This document shows positions 1 through 12,143 of a stretch of 20,000 nt of DNA, in pieces. Each line of letters begins with the position of its first letter. Positions within the stretch are counted from its first letter, which is position 1. Below the pieces are notes generated by a model that was given only the letters and a program-made list of their open reading frames with translations, searched no databases and had not been told where the DNA came from. A program made the translations under genes and the position numbers. Location of the stretch: positions 53,029 through 73,028 of the forward strand of contig JYFJ02001685.1 in the NCBI GenBank assembly GCA_000934665.2, read 5' to 3'. This stretch comes from Catajapyx aquilonaris (lineage: Eukaryota).

Positions 1-303
1 TAATAATTCAGGAACTACTTTCTTCCGGGCATGTAAACTAACCCACAAATCAGAGACATTCGTTGGTGCAGCATCTTGACACTAGCAGCTTTTTTTATTA
101 TGTACATGAGCTGTTCTTAGTGAATCTGAGTTACATACAAATCCAGCGTGCTGACATTCTCAGGAAAGTGTCTTGTTCATAAGTTGGGGACTTTCTGTAA
201 TTATATGTGGATACTTAGAGCTGTTTACTCTTCATTTATTATACGAAATGTAGCATCCTGAAATTGATAAACAGTGGAATGGAAATATGTGTTATTTACC
301 TTC

Positions 304-533
304 CCCAAATCCCTGGATTTACACGTACCCGATTTGTGAGTCATTGTGGTATAACTTGTACAGTACAAAATGTATGGGACAGTGATAACCTCCACTTAAA
401 ACATGCATAAACATGTAAGAAGGGAAATGCTTATGCCAATGGTTTTATTGGGTCCATACACAAAGGTCACTATGGGTGTGTACTCCGGAATAACTCGCGA
501 ACTGGGGGGTGTGCGTAAACCCAGGGATTTGGG
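304..533. repeat. ~27-bp inverted repeat pair (possible small MITE)
   Basis: cccaaatccctggatttacacgtaccc (304-330) vs gggtgtgcgtaaacccagggatttggg (507-533). Confidence 0.5.
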
Positions 534-998
534 TAGCTTCCATGCACATTTTTTGACCCATTTGTTTATGTGCCAAACAGGTTTTTGAAATTATGCAGCT
601 AAATCTAACCTATTTACTGAAAGTTTCTGAAACAAAAATAAAAATTAGCTCAAGGCAATCTGATGCTGACACCTTTTGCCACAGCTAATGGCATTGTTCA
701 CTTGTGACTGTCTTCCTATTCAAACACTGAGCACTCCCCTGAGTGCTTCGTCACATTTTTGTGTTCATTGCTCCCACATTGCATTGTATGTTATGCAGCC
801 ATGTAAAGTTCGTATTTTTCCGAGTAATTTGTTATGATGCAGATATCAGTGAGAATATAGTACATCAAGAGAGGAAGCAACCTGTATGGGAAGGGGTATT
901 GATCTTGCAAATCCTGGTTATATACGTAATGCTAAGTTGCATGAACAAGACTACACTGTGAACTGCAAACCATTAAACGAGCATCACTAGTGAGTCTC

Positions 999-1079
999 CC
1001 ATGGAGCATCAATTTTTAATGCTCTTGTTTTTAGCAACAAAAAAGCATTACAAGAGCATTAAAAATTGGTGCTCCATGG
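999..1079. repeat. 81-bp hairpin (30-bp arms, 1 mismatch), mini-MITE-like
   Basis: ccatggagcatcaatttttaatgctcttgt ... acaagagcattaaaaattggtgctccatgg. Confidence 0.75.
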
Positions 1080-3310
1080 CAGTAATGCCTGCTTGTTTTG
1101 GTCTAATGTAAGGCCCGAAGTAGGGCCCTTTCAGAATGTGTTAAAATTGAGGAAACAATATGTTCTAACCTTACTTGAAATGGATACAAAGGCTGTAGAC
1201 TTTCTAGTTCTCTTCTTTCTTCAGCAACTGACTCTTGAGGGGCTTGCTGGCTATCATCATACTTCTTTTTTAGGCCTTAATGTAACTTCTGGAATCACCT
1301 TCCAGATATGTGCTGATTAGGTCATTTCCCTCTGTGGGCCTCCCAAAAGCAGCCAGTGAGCTAATGTTCAAGTTATCAACAAAGCTTCTTGAGGAATACA
1401 TGCAGAGCCACATTCATCTTCACCAATTTGTGCCCCATGAAACCTCCTGACCTGTTATTGCTATGTTGCCATACCCTGAACATATTTCGTCTGCTTGGAC
1501 ATGCCCAAGACTTTCAGTAGTCCATGAATTACGAACTTAGGAAGACCAATTCAAAGTCATTAATGCACTTTAATTTTGTCTTCTTCACAATGTAGTGTAG
1601 CAGAAAGTCACCTATTACAGAAATTTGTTTAAAAATTGAACAGAGCAACTCCCCTCTGTACAGGTTTCACAGCTGTTAAATTGCCATCTTGTATAGAAAT
1701 GTCAGAATCCACAGTTAATAAGACAATGGGTAGTGACTTGTGACTGCTTTGTCCAACTCTCCTGATCCAAAAAGTAACAAACATGGTAGCTGTGATCTGC
1801 AGACTAATGGGCAGCTTCTTCATCATCGAAAATGTCGCATGTGATGAATACAGGAAGACCCCCGCCTGGGAGTTCCCTTTCACCTGTGTCAGAACTTGCA
1901 AGTGTCTGGCAACCTGGAGAACAGCACATGACCCCTTTCCAGATATTGCACTTGCACCCATGTTCCCTCCCGAAAAATCCCTATTCTTACCCAGTGTCCT
2001 TGATTCCCTGCACTGGAGTTCGAATTTAAAAAATGGAAAATAGAAAATGGAAATATGGTGGTATTCCACCCCCCAACATTGACACTGGTCTCACGGGTAC
2101 AACTTAAAAAAAAAACAACAACAAAAACAACAAAAAACAGGAAGACCCTGATCTACAATGGGGATACATTCAGCTGAGAACACTATAAGTCGGATTTGTA
2201 CATGACTTGGACCCCTGATGTACTGTGCATTTATGGTACCTAGTAATGATAATAAGAATAGCTGCTAGCATAAAGATGCTGCACCAACGAACCACTTCCG
2301 CCATGGGGGGTTGTTTACATATGCAGAGAAAGTAGTGCCCGAATTATTTATTAATTATGCTGTATTTTTGTTGAACTTGGTGTTGGTCAACAAAGTAGAA
2401 GTGATTGTGAGTTGAGGGTTATTCATAAATTATCCTTATGGGGAGCCTTGGGAGCCAGTTTGTAAGTACAGATCGCCGTGAGTTGGGTCATTGATATACT
2501 GGGGACTTACTATATGTTTCCTATCAGCACTTGGGATTAGTTTCAATTTTTTTACATGCTCTCGAAATTAACTGTTCAATCTTCACTGATCTCCTTGTAA
2601 ATTCTACTGGTAGTGGGGTCATGATTGGTGGAATTCCTCCCGACCAAAAGTCATTGTTCTTCATGCTGGCATCATCCTCCTGCCTACTTCCTACCACCAT
2701 GCTGTACTATGTGGATGATCCAGTGCATTGTAGTTTATACTGGCTAGTTGAGTACGCAGGAATGTGACTGTCGTTAAAATCGGAATCTTCAGCTGCCATC
2801 TGCTGGTAGACAGTGCACAACAGGATTAGGTCAGAAGTGCAGTACACCTTACTTGCTGCAACTATTTGACTCAAGTATTGTTATATTTCTTAAATGCTTG
2901 TTATGAATGTGGCATTGTGCTACATGGACTCAGTGAACTTCTTTATATTGATTCGGTTTGAAGTGCCTGAGCTTTTTAAAAGCTTCCTGTACGTTCAGTT
3001 TTATAATAGAAGTTATCTTGATTGCCAGTGATTGTATTCACCACCTTGATGTAATGACAACATCCGACATGTGTTTGCCATCATGGGTGATTTTGGATTT
3101 GAGTTGGTGTTTGCCTTTGATACTAAGCTAGTTGGATTGCTAGAGGAATCATAACTTTGGTACGGACCTAACTAGCCGTCAATTGTATAATGCAATGTTT
3201 TTATTGTAGACATGCACTCTGTTGGCATTGTGATGTACTTCCCATATTTCTGATTCCATTTCAGTAGGTGAAGAGCAGTGCTTTTCAAGCTTCTGAGACA
3301 TTCTGGAATA

Positions 3311-3409
3311 CAGTAAACCTCAATATAATGCTCCCACATATAGCGCCATCCCACTTATAACGCTACTTTTGGGCAGTCTGTTGAAGAGTGTTATATCGAG
3401 GTTTTACTG
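3311..3409. mobile_element. 99-bp Tigger/pogo-like MITE
   Basis: TA|CAGTAAACCTCAATATAA ... TTATATCGAGGTTTTACTG|TA. Confidence 0.75.
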
Positions 3410-3491
3410 TAATAAATCTTGTGTGGTAATGAGAGCCTTTGTGTAGGTGCATTTGAACTGCCTCTGGTAATTTATTGTGTTCTCTCCTCAG

Positions 3492-3588
3492 GTGCACAAA
3501 AAAGTTAACTACATGGAAATGGAAGAAGACAGCGATGCTTCCAGTTCTGGCAGTGACTTTGAGGATCCTGACACCATTGAAGTTCCAG
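3492..3588 (+). CDS. sno: sno exon 1 in window ([32 protein letters not shown]); candidate ATG at 3513
   Basis: Strong acceptor tctctcctcag| and donor CAG|gttatt. The peptide resembles the N-terminal [16 protein letters not shown] motif of insect Sno. The upstream acceptor implies an earlier exon that I did not identify. Confidence 0.8.
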
Positions 3589-6500
3589 GTTATTGATCTT
3601 GGCTATAATTCTGTACATCCCCTTTGTCATTAAGAAATACAGGGAATGTGTTGCACTTTTTTCTGATGCTCCCCTAGATAGAAGATAGTTCATACATTGC
3701 CTTACTCAAGAATTCCATATGTCAAAGTAAATGTACTTGCACTTTCAAGTAACATTTTCACATTAACATCTATTTGGCATGGTTGTGACACTGAAAGTAA
3801 TCTGTGTACAACCAATACATCCTATCATGAACTGGAGAACTAAAGCCTTTTCATGTACACCTGCGAGCATAAAGATGGAGACAGCAGGCTGCTCTGCCAA
3901 TCTCAGCAATTACGGTATCAAATACACTGGCATATATTCACGAACACATGCCTGAGGCAGCCAACTTGGTCCAAAAATAGTTCATTAATTTGAGTCTGAT
4001 AAAGAAAAATCAAAAAAGGGCCTGCCGTCTCCATGTTTATGCTCGCAGGGGTACATTGGTTCATCATGTCTTCAGTGCTAGCTTAAACATGTTTGTTTAA
4101 TGGCAGGTGGTGGGAAGAATTTGGTTCAAGTGGCATCTGCTGCTAAAGCAAAGTTGCATCCAGATCCTACAACTGCTGTCAAGCAAGAGCCAGGAACAGC
4201 CAGCATAAAAGCAGAACCTGGCCTCAGAGGTTAGTGTAGTTAGTGTAGCTATTTCTTGGTCACCAGTTTGTTATTAAAGTAATTAGGTATGTGAAATGAA
4301 TAGGTTCTGTAAATATTGTTAGCATAAATTGCACGTCATTTCAGATGCATCAGAAGCAGGACCAGCCAGCAAAGTTCCAGGAGGTTTGGTTACAAAAACC
4401 AATGCCCAGCCTGGATATGAGGTGATCCGAATGAATTCGGGTGCACCCAACCCATTTGGAATGAACCCTGAAAGCTATTACCCTACCATGAGCCTATTGC
4501 AGAACATGCAGCTCATGGGACAATTCAACCCTGCACATTTTCTGCAGCAATGTAAGTCATGATAATCATTATTTACAACTTTTTTTGGAAAGTAGCTGTA
4601 GGTCAATGTTTATACATAATCATACATATGTTTAGCATAGAGCAATACACCAGTGGGGAAAAAACCTCATATACTGCTACATTTAATCAGAGTTGTGTAG
4701 CATTAACCCTTACATTACCACCACAAGGAATTTTTTTCAGGTGGTGTTTAATTATATTTATGACCCCCACATTGTCATCAGCCACTTGTCGATGAGCCAG
4801 CAGTCTTTTTTTCCCTCATGGCCAGCTTCACCAAAGCCAACCTTTTAACCAATGTTAGCTGTTGACAAGTGGCTATCTATTGCATTTTTTCATGATTTCC
4901 TCCAATGAATCATCTGTAATGCTCCAAATTCAAAGTCCAGAAATGTTACATGTGTGTTTCATAGTCGTTCTCTATCGGCCCAATGAGTGTCAAGAAATTC
5001 CTGACCATTCATTACAATTTAGAAGTAAATCGCGAAATTTAGAAATTACACCACAAAATTAATTGCTGGAACCTATATCAACGATGGTTGCCATGTCATT
5101 GAGCTTTTGCTAATAATTACTTACTTTTGTTATGCCGTGTTTTTCACCATAGTGTAACTAAATGATGCAAATAATTATTAGCTTCAACTCCAAAACGTTT
5201 TCATTGGTAATTGTAGCGTATTGGAAGGAAAAAATGGCAACGCTGCATGGAATTGGACACGAGTGCAGGCAAGCGTAACCCGAACCTCAGCCTCTTTTTT
5301 TACCGTTTTATTGCTGGACGTGAAAAATGTCAAACTTGTGAAATGTATAGAAGAGGACCTGAGTTAAAACACATAGTTTTTTACTCCTTATAAGCATTAT
5401 TGCACATCTAAGAGCTAGATAATGGCGCAAAATTCAGAAATTTGTGCAATTTTTTTGCATTAACATTTTATAACCAAGTTATTAACTTAAAAATATCAAA
5501 TATAATTATGTCATACGAGTCTTATATTGTAATAATTCTGACGACATCTCAGCCATCAACATTGTGACCTTGTCACTCAAGTTACAGCGATATTTTCGGT
5601 GTCCCGATTTTCTGGATAGCAGTAGATAAAGGGCTTTAAAAATCTTAACCACCAGGGACACTCCACTCAAAATACAAGTAGGCCTCTAAAAATCAGGCAA
5701 AAAATCCTGATTCCGAGAATGCGATCCTTTTTTCTCTGAGCCGAACGGTAATCCGCGAAATAAATCTCAAAGTAGGCCGTCTGCAAACCCCCTGCCCCTC
5801 CAGACTCGGCGCCACCACCCCCGGCCACAGTCCCGCTGCCCCTCCACTCTCGGCGCCACCACCCCCGGCCACCTGGCGGCTGCCTGAGGAAGTTGGATAC
5901 CCGAATCTCTATCCACCTTGGATACCCGTCACCAGCAGCGCGAGTTTGAAATGCAGTTCGGGGTCGGATATTACTGGCTGCTGCCAGTGCATAATATGTT
6001 GTCACCGAGGTGTTACTTTCCGGACCTCGCCTTTGCTTGGCCCCTAATTGTTTACCGGAGGCCTACATCTGTAGTTGCGTCCGCATACACCAATTTAGTC
6101 GCAATACGGCAATAGTGCCAAATGTTAGCAATCTTCTAGCCCCAACACATTTTAGCTGCTATTCTCAAACGCGTCGCGGTTATTCCAAGATGGCGCAGTC
6201 CAGCGCATGGTCCAGCGAATCTGTTCCGTAATGGAAAAGGAGAGTACCAGTACGCGACCTGGTATGGAGGCTGCCGAGGGACATACCACCCCCCAAGTTC
6301 GAGGCTGCCCCCGACCCAGTCCGCATGGGATCCTCCCGTATCACTGCGAAATACGTCACTCGCTCGAATGGTTTCTTATGGCGCTTACAAACTACACAGA
6401 ACGGGCCACCACCCTTGCCTTTCTTGCCCATGATGCTACTTGCTTCCAAGCCCGCCTCGATATGCCGGACTTGATAAACCCCCAGGCTGCCGAAGTGCTA

Positions 6501-8139
6501 AACATAAACATGTGTCGCCTTCCAGTCATCGTTCCCTCCGGGCGTTGAGTCATGGGGATCTGATGCGGGAGCAACATATGTAGTCCACCCGTAAACAATT
6601 AGGGGCCAAGCAAAGGTGAGGCCCGGAAAGTAACACCTCGGTGACAACATATATGCATTGGCAGCAGCCAGAAATATCCGACCCCGAACTGCATTCCAAA
6701 CTCGCGCTGCTGGATTCGGGTATGAAACTTCCTCAGGCAGCCGCCAGGTGGCGAGTACCCAACTTCCCCCCGTGGCCGCGGGTGAGGATGGCGGCTCCAC
6801 GCTCGATCAGAAGTCGAATTTATTCCGACTTTCGTATCTTCCCCTGTCATTACCGTTCGCCTCAGAGAAAAACGGATCGCATTCTCGGAATCAGGATTCC
6901 TTGCCTGATTTTTAGAGGCCAACTTGTATTTTGAGTGGAGTGTCCCTTTAAGAGTACATCTAAGTATGTGTAGAATGTAAAGAATATGAAAGGATTTCAG
7001 AAGTTAGGCTACCTACTTTGCATGCGAGTTCCTCTATTTCAGGGAAAAAAATTGACATCTGAACTACTTAATGATCCAAAGGACACCTGGAAGGTTTGCT
7101 GTACAAGTTGCATAAGTTCCCTATGGATAAGAAGATTGTGATGTATTGTTACCATATTACCATGTGAACTGCGGCATGCCAATATCAATTAATCCATCAG
7201 TCCACCCCTAGGGGAGCTTTCTGACTGGAATAAAGTTTTCACCATTTCATCTTTTTTTGTCAAATAGATGATAAATAAAATAATAAGCAGTGTGCTGCCA
7301 GAACAGGTTTATTACCTCACAGGAAGTAGTATTTTTTTGTAGCATATGTAAGTGATTGATTGATTGATTTTTTATTTTTTTTTACCTTATGTGGTGCAGA
7401 CAGCTTTCTGGAACCACGCAAAACATCATACCATGACCTAGGCTGATCATTATCAGACGAACCATTTCAGATTTTAAGTAATTATTGTTTGTAATTAGAG
7501 TAGGAGTGAGTTAATTCTTCTGATTGATATGCTACTTAAATGCCTTAACATTTCTATTGACCCATTTGTGTAAATGAGTATTAATATGCTACTATGATAA
7601 CATAGTCTCAGTAAGCCACAGAGAGCTTACCCCTTTGTGTCTGCAAATTTTGATTGGTTACAGTGTTCATTTTTCAACCCAATCTTGCCTGATGCTGTAG
7701 ACTGTAGAGGGATGAAGGGTCATTTTTCTGTACATAGTGTAGCACTTTGGGTAGTTTTGAGAATGGGAAATTAGGGTGTATGTCGGCTAAACACTGCCAT
7801 GCCAACGTAAAGCTCATGACCCCGTGTTGATTGCTTTCACCTTACGGAAGGACGAAATTGGCATGTGATTTATGGAAGCGGTCCAGGACATTCATGAATG
7901 GTTGATACCTATGCAGGAAAGGCAGTGAAGATGTATTTTCTTTTTAATTTTCCAACTTTTAAAAAGTAAAATCCTCCACAAGTTTTTTCATGGTAAAAAT
8001 AGACAAAACCCTTTTACCAGTATCGCCTACCTCATACCAGCATGCTAGTAGAGTCACCAGATGTGCGTTTTCTAAAATTGAGTTACCTCTGATTTTATCA
8101 GCATGCCATAGTATACGTGGTAATATGGTATCATCATGA

Positions 8140-8210
<71 letters not shown>

Positions 8211-11200
8211 TTATTATTATTCCTGGTCATGATAATTTTTTTGTAACATGTAAAGATGGTACCAAAAATTTGACTTTGCCTTGGATCAGTCACTTTCAGT
8301 GGAGGTTGTTTCTACTACAAATGCAATGATATTTCAAATTAGATTTATCATAACTCCAAGTCACATTCAGAAACCGAGCATAGTGTTATTTCTAGTCTAC
8401 AGGGACTAACTGGGTTTAAAAAAAATTCTCATGCAGAAACACAGATTAGGCTTAAACCCTCCTTGCCCAAGAGTTGCATGGAATAGGAAATTTAGACCAG
8501 GGAGGGAGGTAATTTATCATTGTATTAGGAAGGTCTAACTTGGATGTCATGCAGTTGGTCATTTTGCATAGAGTGCCTGTGTAGCTAACTGGTGTCACAT
8601 GACATCTTGCGACATTATTAACGCCTTTTGTGCATTTTATAGCATGTGATTTTTCCAATTGCCATTTAGATTGAGCCAGTGGGGACTATCCTTAAATGCA
8701 TTTCTGAATGCAAATTGTGGTTGACACTCTTAGTCTGGGACTAGCTTGGTCTGCCGTAATCCCAAGAGTAGTGAGAACTAGCAATATGCCAGTGAACATG
8801 GCCCAATAGAAATAAATGTAGCTGTTCTGTTCAGCCAGTGTTATTAGAAACAACCTGCACTAAAATGATGGTGATAGAAGGGAAAGAGTGTGTTCTTGGA
8901 AACCTCTCTTTAAAAGTTGCATCACAAACCCAGTTAAAGCATGATTTTATCCCTGACCTGTGTTGGACCCCTTTTTTTGACTTTGATTTTCTTTAGCCCG
9001 AATAGTAAAGAAACCACAAGATGCCAATTCTTACAATTTGGCAGCTATGGAACAAGGAGGCCTGAGTGCCCTCCAGAACAACCCATTTCTGATGGCTGCT
9101 GCCAATGGGATGCGAGGAGCTGGTAGTTTGCCTCCTGGTGCAAACCCTTTCCTTATGAACCCAGCATTGTTCCAAGGGTTTGCTGGATCACTTTCGGGAA
9201 AGACAGTCTCCCAGCTGTGGCTTAACCATGATACCAAAGTCCGTGTACGTATACATGTTGTACCTTGGTGTAGGTCACAAACTGGCTGGTGACTTACGCA
9301 CTCTGTTTTACAGATGAACATGATGGCAGCAGCTGGTGGATTGGAGGAGGAAGAAGGTGGGGAGGAAGATGAAGAAATGGGTGTTGCAGAGACCTACAAT
9401 GATTACATGCCCACCAAAGGTATGCTAAATGATCCGAAATGAGTTGTGTGTGGTGCCATCATTTTATTATAATAGGAGACCTTTTCTCTCCTTCATGTTG
9501 TACCATTCAATGTTGTTGTGTGCATTGTTGCTTATAGAGTAATTTCACTTATAGTGAAAGTGGGCAAGAAACATCCAGACCCTGTGGTGGAGACAGCATC
9601 ATTAGCTAGTGTTGTACCCCCAGATGCATGGTACAAGCTTCACTTACCAGATGAAACAATTAGGTCTGGGTCACTGTCTGCCTTACAGCTAGAGGCTATC
9701 GTATATGCCTGTCAACAGCATGATCAGTTCTTACCAGATGGGACTAGAGCTGGATTCCTAATTGGTGAGTGCTTGATAGAATTACGAGCATGCTGCTTTT
9801 TTGACCATGGAGGAATTAATTTTTTATTGTTATGCATTTTTTAGGTGATGGAGCAGGTGTGGGCAAGGGGAGGACCATTGCCGGAATTATTTATGAAAAT
9901 TATCTCTGTGGACGGAAACGATCCATTTGGGTGTCAGTATCGAATGACTTGAAGTATGATTCAGAACGTGATTTGCGGGACATTGGTGCACATAAGATAC
10001 CTGTTTACCCTTTAAATAAGGTTAGTATAATATGGCGCTAGCATTGGTTACCACATACATTATTTGCCGAAACACCAAGACTGGTGGATACACTGGCTTA
10101 CAGAGGGGTCTTGTGTACATTTTCACTGTGAAGGATACATCTTTTAGTAAATATTTTCCAGAAGGGGACATAATACAGGTATGGAGACTCACTCCCCCCT
10201 CCATCTCTTGTGCTCCTATAGATCCACAACATTTATGACAAAATCCGACCTTTCAACTCATTCTCTTGACTATCAATGTATCAGTACTGACATTGCAAAA
10301 TATTAATTTCGAGAGATAACTTTAAAAGTTTAAGGTTATACTAATGATGCTTATTAACTCATGGCACTTTGTTATTCAGATGAAGTATGCCAAAATATCG
10401 TCGGCAGTGAACAACAATGTGAAGAAGGGAGTGATATTTTCCACCTACTCGGCCCTGATTGGAGAATCCCAGTCAGGATCCAAGTACAAGACGAGACTGA
10501 AGCAGTTGCTACAGTGGTGTGGTGAAGACTTTGATGGAACTGTATCCTTTCTATGGTATAGATTAAGGGTTTCCAGATTGCAAATTAAACAGCTGGAAAA
10601 GCAGAGACAAAAGAAATGTTTATTTGGTCTCTGCTTTTGGTGCAAAGTGTTGAAACATCTCCCCAAAAAACTGCACGTTTATTCATGAGCCATTTTCCTT
10701 CATGTGAGATGCACTTGCAAAAAGGGACTCATGATAACAGTTAAGCAGTTAAACTAGCATGATATCACGAGTCCCGTTTTGCAAGCACATCTCACATGAA
10801 CGCAAATGTATCGTGAATAAACGTGCAGTATTTTGGGGAGATGTTTCAACACTGCACCAATCTTTTCCCCATGTTAACGTAGGACAATGACTGCTGCCCC
10901 ACTTGTCTGCCCAGTCTGGCTTCCAACTGCCGCTGTGCATGGTTGCCATTTCTTGTGATGTGTCACTTCATTAGGATCTTCCCAGCCACCCCATTTGCTT
11001 GAAACCCCACTTAATGTTGACCTTCATTTGCCCTGGGTTCTTTCCAAATGTGCATTGGCCCCGTTTTGCAAGGCCTAGCATGATTTGGGAGGGAGTTCTT
11101 TCCAATTCACAAGGAAAGACGTAAAATGTTCCGAAGAGAAAATACTAAATGGACCTTATACAAGGCATTTGTGCTTATGCGAGATTTATATGCGATTTCA

Positions 11201-12074
11201 GAAAATGTGTGCTAATGCAATGCACACTACAATTGTGTTTATATTCCTTTTTGTGGCACTCAAATGCCAGAATTTGTGAAATTTGCAGTCATACAGTTAG
11301 CCCTTATAAACAAGTGAATACAGCATTGCTTAAAGCTTGGCAATGTTTTTCTTTGACTGTTATCTTAGATAATTTTTGATGAGTGCCATCGAGCTAAGAA
11401 CCTGTGCCCTGTGGGATCCTCTAAACCCACCAAGACAGGCATCACAGTACTGGAGATTCAAAACAAGCTGCCCAAGGCTAGAGTGATATACGCTTCGGCT
11501 ACAGGAGCCTCAGAACCAAGAAATATGGCTTACATGACTAGGCTGGGGATATGGGGAGAAGGCACTCCCTTCCGAGAGTTCAATGACTTCATTGCTGCTG
11601 TGGAGAAAAGGTAATGTTGTACCAGAACACCTTACCACACCTAAGATTTTTTATGTCTCTTGTTTTATAATCGCACAGTTTTATAACCTTTAGTGTGAAA
11701 CCTTGATTCATCATTTTTGTTGAGATCCAAGGAAAAAGCAATGGCTATTGGAAAATTATTTATGCAGAAGGCTATATTAAATAGGATTTAGGGGAGGCGG
11801 AGTGGCTCTGCGTAAACGTAAGCGCCCACGGATGTTGGGGTCCCGGGTTCGATCCCAGCCCGGGGACACCCCCTTCATCTCGTGCAGAGTTTAGGTCGTC
11901 TCGGGTGGAATCTCCAATAGACATATCCACCTGGGGGAGTTCACAAAATGTACCCACATCAGTCCGCGCACTGCACTTTGCACATCCCCTCCTGTCATCC
12001 TGCCCATGGGCCCGGGCGCTTCAATTAATAGGCACCAACTGTACAATAGTAATAAAAAATTAAGGTCCGTGTGA

Positions 12075-12143
<69 letters not shown>

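Larger units (their letters stand above)
2..2348. mobile_element. Decayed ~2.3-kb element bounded by ~100-bp imperfect inverted repeats (putative non-autonomous DNA transposon, superfamily unassigned)
   Basis: 2-101 (aataattcaggaactactttc...ttcgttggtgcagcatcttgacactagcagct) is the imperfect reverse complement of ~2249-2348 (agctgctagcataaagatgctgcaccaacgaa...gaaagtagtgcccgaattatt). The TSD cannot be assessed at the window edge. Confidence 0.6.

Noticed and set aside
4703..5640. Possible piggyBac-like MITE (TTAA|CCCTT... to ...AAAGGGcTTTAA)
   Set aside because: The terminal match is only a few bases and the right TSD is imperfect. It is probably an old repeat but I cannot delimit it.
5667..6934. 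Paired similar ORFs on opposite strands (also 13244-14140 and 14164-14765)
   Set aside because: Their similarity comes from the inverted arms of palindromic elements; no recognisable protein family.
7400..7477. Possible 78-nt cassette or poison exon (gtgcag|...|gtaatt)
   Set aside because: Stops occur in all three frames and I have no homology or expression support; splice-like signals alone are insufficient.
8072..8329. Poly-Asn and poly-Ile ORFs (also the poly-Leu ORF at 12071-12265)
   Set aside because: These are translations of the (ATT)n microsatellite and the SINE tail.
8360..8945. Possible Harbinger-like MITE remnant (tagtct..gggacta motifs, taactgggttt/aaacccagtta)
   Set aside because: Only short scattered matches; no defined TIR or TSD.
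11791..11870. Possible tRNA gene (A and B boxes)
   Set aside because: It continues into a shared body and tail with TSDs and has a second copy, so it is a SINE head.
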